This document shows positions 55,455 through 64,000 of a stretch of DNA of 64,000 nt, piece by piece. Origin of the DNA: Eledone cirrhosa (lineage: Eukaryota); assembly GCA_964016885.1 (NCBI GenBank), contig OZ024741.1, positions 137,764,001 through 137,828,000 of the forward strand, in the 5' to 3' direction. The stretch's first letter is position 1; each line of letters begins with the position of its first letter. The position numbers and the translations under genes were made by a program. Under the pieces are notes generated by a model. It was not told the origin of the DNA. It saw nothing but the letters and a program-made list of their open reading frames with translations, and searched no databases.

Positions 55455-55878
55455 TAGTAACAACAGCTACAACAACATATACACTAATAGCAAAAACAAC
55501 TGTAACAACAGCTACAGCAACATATACACTAATAACAAAAAACAACTGTAACAACAGCTACAACAACATATACACTAATAACAAAAACAACAGTAACAAC
55601 AGCTACAACAACATATACACTAATAGCAAAAACAACTGTAACAACAGCTACAACAACATATACACTAATAACAAAAACAACAGTAGCAACAGCTACAACA
55701 ACATATACACTAATAACAAAAACAACAACAGTAGCAACAGCTACAACATATAAACTAATAGCAAAAACAACTGTAACAACAGCTACAGCAAGATATGCAC
55801 TAATAACAAAAACAACATCAGTAGCAACAGCTACAACAACATATACACTAATAGCAAAAACAACTGTAGCAACAGCGT
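55455..55878. repeat. ~45-bp minisatellite, about 9 copies
   Basis: ACAACAGCTACAACAACATATACACTAATA(G/A)CAAAAACAAC(T/A)GTA. Confidence 0.9.
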
Positions 55879-56648
55879 ACGACATAGTATCATCAACAAC
55901 AAAATCAAAACAGCAACAACAATGAAATCAGTAGAAACGAAAACAATAAAAATGGCAACAACATAATCCATACGTCTATCTTCAAGCAATATCCTGACCT
56001 TTTGGTATTATTGTGGATCGGTAGAAGAGTGACCATCAATGAATCTTATATAATATTCACAGGCAAGAAGCACGCTTTGATAGATGTATATATAATGAAG
56101 TCTAAAATAAGGTGAGAATCATTGCGTGGTAGCTACTGATTACATCGTATACGTTGTACAGATAATTCATATTATCATCTATTGAAGTCTCTATTAGATG
56201 CTTTATGCATTATTTAACGTAATTGTTCAGCTGCTATTTCCAGGAAGTCTGTTTCAAATGAAAGCTTTGTTAAGATGGAACATTTAAGCCTTGCTCATTT
56301 CCTGTCGTCATTTTTCCTTTGGGCACATTCCTTCTTGTGTCGGAGTTCACAATAGCTTCTTAACTAAATGCGATATTAATTTCATTCTTATTGTCATTGA
56401 AATGTGATGCATGCATCACGATTTATAAGAAACGTTTGGGTATAAAGTGTTTAATATACTTTGGATACAACACCTTGACCTTTCTTTGGAAAATCTGTTG
56501 AATCACAAAATCATAGGCTCGGTAGAGAGAGAGGAGGTGAGAGAGAGGGGAGAGATGGAGAGGGGGGATATAGAGGGAGAGAGAGAGAGAGAGTGTGTGT
56601 GAGTGTGTGTGTGTGAGATAGATAATAGATAGAGATAGATAGATAGAC

Positions 56649-56680
<32 letters not shown>

Positions 56681-56684
56681 ATAG

Positions 56685-56735
<51 letters not shown>

Positions 56736-56748
56736 GAGATAGATAGAT

Positions 56749-56817
<69 letters not shown>

Positions 56818-59149
56818 CCAATTAGAAACAATAGAAAATAATCCAACCGTGCAATACTAAATTGATTAAACTGTAATAAACCAAAACATCCGTCGGAATA
56901 TTTAGCTGGCTGTACTTACGGTATGTGTTGATATCTCAACGAAGTCGACATTATTCATAACAATCTAATAGGGGTTTCAATTTAATACACCATACATCCT
57001 GAAGCCAGTTTTTCGGCTTGTAAATATATTACACATTACCATGATAACGATGGCGATGATAAAAAGAATTTCTTTTATTTGCTTCACGAGACTAAAATGT
57101 TAGGAATAGTGAAAATACGAAGCACAGTGGAAAAAAAACCCAGAAGACGCTGTGGAGGATTAAGTTTGAGTAAAGCAATAAAATAAGATCACAGTAATAA
57201 ACAGGTAATAATAAATAGAATAAAACTACACAGAAGATACGAAATGAAGGATGATCCTCGGATTGGGAGTTGTAGCTACGTAGGGTGATTCTTGGCACCT
57301 AAACACAAACTTTCAATACTCTGACATTACAAAGTTAATGCCACTTTCGAAATATCTGTTACAGTCTTACATCCATTCTCATCCACTTTTCATAAATTTT
57401 AATATAGAAGAGCGTCTTCCTCTCTGCCCTTTTCATAATTCTCAAGTAATATTTAAAGGCTGACCTGAGCGGAAATATTCTGTTCTCACACCTCTCAGTT
57501 GTGACCAACATACCAATTCCCCCACCTTCGCCACTAAACAGAGGAAATCTACCCGCTGCTTCTTCAGAAAAGAAGCCGTTGGTTCAACGTTCACTAGGAT
57601 TAGATCCCATTCCGCACGTTCAAATACATTATTAACAGTTTGAACATTGTCATGCATGTTGTGCATATCTAGAACAACTTAATAAAGTAGTTTCCAGCAA
57701 AGAGAAAACCTGACTGGTATCTAAGAAAGTAGAGGACAGAGAATAAGATTTCTCCAATATTTTATCAAGAATATAAATCGCTCATACTCTTTATAAAGAT
57801 ATAATTCTCTGAATGAAACGAATTGGTTTCAATTTGGCGTCGAAAATTCAACTCGACATCATATACCCTAAAAGCTGCATTTCTGCGCCCTGTGGTCTGT
57901 AATTCAAGTAAACATAATATAAAGATTACAAACGTTCGCTTAATTCTTAATATGAAACAATACTATCTTGTAATGTTTCCTTTTAAGATTAGAAATATTT
58001 CCAAGAAACTAAACAAGAGATATAGTCATCATTTAGCACCTACTTAATTCGAGTTTAAAGTGCAATACAGAATTTTGTATTATAATCTCTAGAAGATCAA
58101 TACCTCATTTAATCTTCAGAGACCATATACCTGATATGTAGCAGAAGTGATGCATGTAGAATTAAATACTTGTCTAGGGATGCACTGATGTTCATAACCC
58201 GCCAAAGATTACAGTACCTAATCTGTTAGAACTCTTTCTTTGATTTTTGAGATTCCTATATAGTTAACCATATATATTGTGCATTATTTCTTCAAATATT
58301 GTTCGTTCAATTTATGTAACTAAAAACTTTGTGTGGTTTATTCATACATAACCGAATGTATGACTATACATAGGAGGTTACTTTTGATATGCTTGGGTGT
58401 ACGCCTATGAGGCTGCTTTAGGAAGGTTAATGGTCTTTCTTGGAAATAGTATATATTATATTATATTCCACACAAATATACAGAAATATATATATGGCGA
58501 TGAATTTGTTTTCCAAGGTTTTTGATATGAAATCGTGTGTTGAAACAAATATTGTTATATTTGGGGAGGGTCATATTGTTATAATATTGCCAGAAATTAT
58601 AATAAAACACACTCACTGTTTGGTTGAAATGGTTTTCGCTTCTGTATATTTTATATCTCCACAGTTAATTTATCTGACAATCAATATTTATTATTAATTG
58701 ACCAACGGTTAAAAATTTAGATATAAGTATATATATAGTCTATCAAAGTTCTTTCGTCACACATCTGGAACATCATCAGTGGTACTATTATGTTTCGCCC
58801 CATTGTATTAAATGTCTACGCCATGTTTATTTTATTTATTTATTTATTCTTGTCTTTGTCTCTGTTTGCGAATGCATTTGCGTGTGTGTTTATGTGTGTT
58901 TGTTGTTATTGTACTTGTATATATATATATATATGTATATTTATTTATTTATGTTTACCTTAGATCAGTATTGTATGTTTGGGTATGGTTGTCGTTGGTT
59001 TTTTTCTGTTCAACTTCGATTTCCTTAGTTCTATTTCAGTTACTTCTCTGATTTGTCCACTTGTTGAGTCATTTCTATGTTTAGATATTATTTTAATTTC
59101 TATATTGTCTATATTACCATCATGTCTTTGTTTGGCGTTTCCATAGAGT

Positions 59150-61320
59150 ACCGAATAGGGGACAGTGATGTGAGTGCAGTGGAGTTCCATGAGGATGTGT
59201 GTAGAACTGTCAACACCAAACCAGCTCATAACATCCTGCTTGTTCTGGGTGCCTTCAATGCACATCTGAGTAAGGAGAGCAGTGAAGATCCTTGCTGATG
59301 CTTCCATAACGACACGAACCGAAATGGGAGACTAATGAGGGACACCCTACTGGAGGCGAACTTGATGGCAACCAACCTAAGGTTTAGGAAGAATCCGGGG
59401 AAGATGTGGACTTACATCTCTGATATGCACCTGTCCAAGTCCCAGAATGATTTTAAACTGGCGAGGAAGAAGTGGCGGAATAGGCTTCTGAACACAGAGC
59501 CATACAGTTATTTCAGTACACTGGGCGGTGTACACCGGCTTGTTATGAGCGAGCTCCGGGTGAGCTTAAGAAACAGTAAGGCTCAGCCCCAGATAGCAAT
59601 CTATGATGGGGAGCTTCTAAGGAAGATGATAAACTACAGGAGAGGTATACAGTAGAAGTGAAGAACAGGTTCAGTGCTCTGTGTGGAGAGGCAGAGCAGA
59701 GAGACATTGTAGAGAAGGAAGAATGTTGTACCGCTTCCACTGAGAACAGAGAGGAGGCGCTGATAGAAAAGATCAGAAGTGTAGAGAGAGCGGTTGACAG
59801 GTCTAGTTGTAAAGAGAGTTGGACGATCATCAACGAGACCACAGGGAGGAAGAGAGTAAATTCGAGTCAGATCCAAGAAACAGGGCCCGAGTATAGGAAG
59901 AGGAAATGGCTGGACAATTTTAGGACTCTACTAGAATAGCCGCGCTCCACAGCCCAGAGCACTGCGGAGATCAGGCAGCTGTTTGAGGAAATGCATATTG
60001 AGATGGGACCCTTCGTCAGAGAGGAGCTTGATAGAGCCAAGATGAAGATCAAGGAGGGGAAGGCCAATGGAGAAGATGGAGTGGCATCATAGGTGATGAA
60101 GCGGTGTGATTTTAATGATATCATCCAGGATTTCTGTAACCGGTTTCTGGAGAAAGGAGTTGCTCCTTTCTCCAGAAACATCGTCCCACTGCCAAAGAAG
60201 GGAGATCTCTCTAACACTAACAACTACTGATTCTTAGGAGGATCCAGCCCCAGGTGGAGAAGAAGCTCAGGGACAATCAGAACTGCTTCAGAGCAGGAAA
60301 TTCAACCACCAGTCACATGCTGATGCTGAGGAGGATATTAGAGGGATCTAGAGCAAAGAGCCTTCTTACTGTCATGGGTTTCATTGACTTTAGGAATGCC
60401 TTTGATTCTGTGGACCGTCACTGCCTGATGAAGATCTTACAGGCTTCTGGAATCCCCAAGAAGATAGTGGACCCGATATCACTGCTCTACACCAACACCA
60501 GAGCCCAATTCATTACACCTGACGGGATGGCGGAGTTCTTTGTGATATTGATTGGCGTGCTAGCGGGAGATACATTGGCTCCTTACCTTTTTATCATCGC
60601 AGTGGACTACTGTATGTGCCTTGCACTGGAGAAATACCAGGAGTCTGGTATTACTGTAGCATTGGCTCAGAGCAGGAGAGTTAAGGCTAAAAAGATATCA
60701 GATGCTGACTTTGCTGACAACATAGTTCTGGTGACAAACACAGTGAAGGAGGCAGAGGATTGGGTGCAGAAGGTGGAAACTGTGTCGATGAACGTGGGGC
60801 TGAGAATGAATGAGATTGACATGAAGTATCTGGTAGAGAACATTAAGAAGCCAGAGAAAATTATGAATGTATGCGGGAAGCGGCTAGAATTGGTTGAGTC
60901 GGACCTTCGTATAGACCTGAAGATCCATCTCTTCGTTGCTACAGTGGAGTATGTGCTACTGTACGTGTCTGGGACTTGGACACTGAACAAGAAACTCACT
61001 CAGGCGATGGATGGGTGCTACACGAGAAGGCCAAGGATGGCTCTGAAAATTACTCAGTATATACTGAGGATGAAGAACGCAAAGCTGTATGAGATCCTCC
61101 CAAAGTCAGCTCGAAAGTAACACAGAGGAGACTGAGGTTAACTGGTCATGCTCAATTACATTCAGAGTTGAGACTGCACTCAGTGCTGCTGTGGGAGCCC
61201 AAACACGGACAAACTAGAAGAGGGAGACCGAGGTTGACATATATTGATCCCATAAGAACAGACACTGGTGTCTGGAAGACGCAGGACATGGCATACATGA
61301 TGAAGGACAGAGACCGCTGG
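59150..61320 (+). mobile_element. Degenerate RTE-type LINE (APE C-terminus plus RT)
   Basis: LVLGAFNAHL, IVPLPKKGDLS, FIDFRNAFDSV, GVLAGDTLAPYLFII, DADFADNIVL, RRGRPRLTYID; many stops and frameshifts; (GA)n tail. Confidence 0.88.
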
Positions 61321-61543
61321 AGAGAGAGAGAGAGAGAGAGAAAAAAAAAATATATATATATATAGAGAGAGAGATGTGTGTGTGTGTGTGTATGTATATG
61401 TGTGTGTACATATGCGTGCATTTGAAAACGAAGTATGTCAGTAAAAATGCAAAGCGTAAACATAAATTCAAACGGGAATAATGATGTGAGCCCCATGCTA
61501 CAAAATATCCACACACACACACACACACACCTATACATATATA

Positions 61544-61601
<58 letters not shown>

Positions 61602-61967
61602 CAAGGTTTAGCAAATAGAGAAAAAGTTTTCAAATAAATTTTAAAAAGTTCGCTGTACTTACTATATGTACCTTTACCGCGCGGTTTCAAATCCCCAAAT
61701 AAATGGATAATCCAGGCGGACTTTCATTGAGAAGGGGACTCTCGTCAGAACGTTTTTCTCGCTCGGAGAATATAAAATTCCCGAGTTCAAATCACAAACT
61801 GGCGCCATACAAAACTGTTCCCGGATGAGAGTGAATGAGGAAGGAACCAATTTTGTCTAGAGCCGTGTGTAAAGACAGGAGGCAGAGGCGGACAGGTCAA
61901 TGTCCTGCCACTAGAAATAGCAGCAGTTCAAACGACCAAAATGTTATCTCAACCTTAGGGGGTTTAA

Positions 61968-62155
61968 TAATAATTGTTTCTACTTTTGGCACAAGGCCAG
62001 CAATTTCCCAGTGCATTGCTGGTACTTTATTTTATCAACCCCGTAAGGATGAAAGGCAAAGTTAACCTCGGAGGGATTTGAACTCAGAATGGCAAGGGCC
62101 GTAACTCTATGCGTCAAAGCATGGCGTCCGACCCTCTACCGATACTGCCAATCCA
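61968..62155 (-). mobile_element. SINE family A, full-length
   Basis: Reverse-complement head GTGGATTGGCAGTATCGGTAGAG (A box) and CTGAGTTCAAATCC (B box); flanked by AATAATA. Confidence 0.85.
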
Positions 62156-62188
62156 CAATAATAGAGTATGTTTTCCTAGGTGTAACAA

Positions 62189-62238
<50 letters not shown>

Positions 62239-62390
62239 TGCATTTAGTCTTAATCGATACATATTAAATATATATCGATTATGTTTCTCAATAAAAAAGA
62301 AAAGAATATATATTTCGTGTCTTTTCATCTCTGTGTTGGCTTTGTTTATTTTTTAACTCTCTCTCCGCCTCTCTCTCTCTTGCTCCATAT

Positions 62391-62640
62391 ATATACGGAC
62401 AGACTGGACGTCGCCTGGCGGACCGTTTTACTGAACACCTCCGGGATATTCGTCTCGGCGGGAGTTCCCCCATCGCCCGCCACTTTGGCTCCCCAGGACT
62501 TCCGCCCACCACCTCACAGTCTGTGGCCTACTCCAATGCCACAGAACACCAGCCACCCGCCTTACGGTAGAACAACGCACCATCTTCACCCTACAGACCC
62601 ACACCCCCCAGTCTGAACTTCCCACCCCTATTCCTTTAGC
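62391..62640 (+). mobile_element. Neptune-type PLE GIY-YIG 3' fragment
   Basis: IYGQTGRRLADRFTEHLRDIRLGGSSPIARHF...EQRTIFTLQT; begins at (TA)n. Confidence 0.75.
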
Positions 62641-64000
62641 CTTCGACAGCCATTCCCCCCCTCATATCCCCCACTAACACCACTAACACACTCCTCCTTC
62701 TCACCGCCTCACTCCTTGGACCACCCCACAACTAACAATACTAACAGCCCAACTCCCCCTCCCCCAACTAACAATACTAACATACCCACCCCTCCCCCTC
62801 TCACTCACACTCCCACCTGTATATATATACACGCACTCACACTATCCACACACCCTACTACCACCAGTAACCCTCACCCACACGTCCACTCCCACCACCC
62901 CACAACTAATATCATTAACACCCCCCCCACGCACACGAACACCCCCCACACCCACACCTACATACAACACCCACTCCACACACCCAACCACCACTAACCC
63001 CCACTTACACACCCGTATCCACCCTTTCCCCACCACCAGTATACTAACACCCACTAACACCCCCTTTCCCAGACACACAATCATCCAAACAAGCACACAC
63101 ACACCAGTACACTACACTCTCTCCTCCTTCCCCAACACCTTTTCTCTCCCTCTCCCTCTTCCCGCTCCACCTACACACATCCCACTATCACCTCTACTAA
63201 TACGCACCCCATCCCCCCACACGACCATCTACCCCTCCACTTTTCACACCTACCCATCTTCTCCCCTGTCCACCGCACCCCCGCACACACAAACACACAG
63301 TCCTCACCACACTAACCATTTCTCCACCTGTCATTCTCCTCTACTGCTATCATTTCACCTTGCCTTGACCCTCTGACCATTTCCTGTTGCGCGGGCACCC
63401 CACCTCTCTCCACTTCCGACCACCACAACCAACGGATTACACACCACCGGTCATCGTTCCAGCTATCCACTCTATAACATGAAAAATATCCAGCCTCACA
63501 CCCCACACTCCACGGAACTACCTTAGGAACTTACCCACGGGCATACACTCACAATTTTTTTTCGAACCACGCCACCCACATCCACACCCCATATAAACAC
63601 CAACACACACGTGTGTACCCCCACATAGACACACTCAGCCTCCGGAATCTACACGCCCACCTCCTCCCGCCATCCACACGCACGCACACACCGACCTACA
63701 CCCCACCCCACGCACACACCGTTTCCTGAAGATGGAACCTCGTTCTTCCCCCAACTCTCACATTCACATAGGTACACACGCACACACACACGTACACCTA
63801 CACACATACACAAACACCAACTTCAGCCCTCCCAGCTCGGACGCCCCGCCTCCCTCTCTCTACTCCACCCGCCACCACTCCTAACCCCTTCCACCACTTG
63901 TTTATCTTTATGTTTATTTTTATTTTTATTTGTACCCCTTCCACCGTTTTTTCTCCCCCCCCCGCCTATTTTCTAAATGTCCCTCCACCACTTCTCCACA
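62640..64000. repeat. C/A-rich low-complexity tract (probable PLE 3' region)
   Basis: Strong C/A strand skew immediately downstream of the GIY-YIG fragment. Confidence 0.6.

Noticed and set aside
55455-55885. Repetitive hydrophobic 118-aa ORF (VVVAVVTVVFVISVY)n
   Set aside because: Product of a 45-bp minisatellite with a frame-breaking indel; no evidence of coding function.
58739-58790. HHR-like motif on the minus strand (CTGATGA...GAAA)
   Set aside because: Stems I and II are mismatched; probably a decayed HHR, so it is not listed as a feature.
61703-61756. HHR-like motif on the minus strand (CTGACGA..GAAA-gtcc/ggat-TA)
   Set aside because: No stem I can be formed and stem II is offset; at best decayed.
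61968-62155. tRNA gene suggested by A/B boxes
   Set aside because: No cloverleaf; the boxes are the head of a multi-copy SINE.

Overview
AT-rich, microsatellite-dense eukaryotic DNA. The SINE and repeat content resembles octopod cephalopods, which is my inference. I could not identify any host gene with confidence. The window is almost entirely retroelements. It holds five distinct Penelope-like elements (PLEs) with RT followed by a C-terminal GIY-YIG endonuclease and Hydra-clade-type motifs, one of which is nearly intact, plus one Neptune-type GIY-YIG fragment. It also holds RTE, CRE, R4/Dong and L1/Tx1-like LINE remnants and many tRNA-type SINEs. The most notable hidden signal is about 16 type-I hammerhead ribozymes (HHRs), folded here by eye. 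Many have non-canonical but internally consistent cores: U3:A8 swap, U4A, U4C, a U.U pair at the base of stem II, and very long or branched stem II. Three dispersed non-coding loci of about 300-320 nt carry a UUGAUAA-core HHR with compensatory stem changes. They are terminally redundant and circularly permuted relative to each other, which suggests a retrozyme-like circular-RNA element family. Most entries in the ORF track are microsatellite or antisense artefacts.
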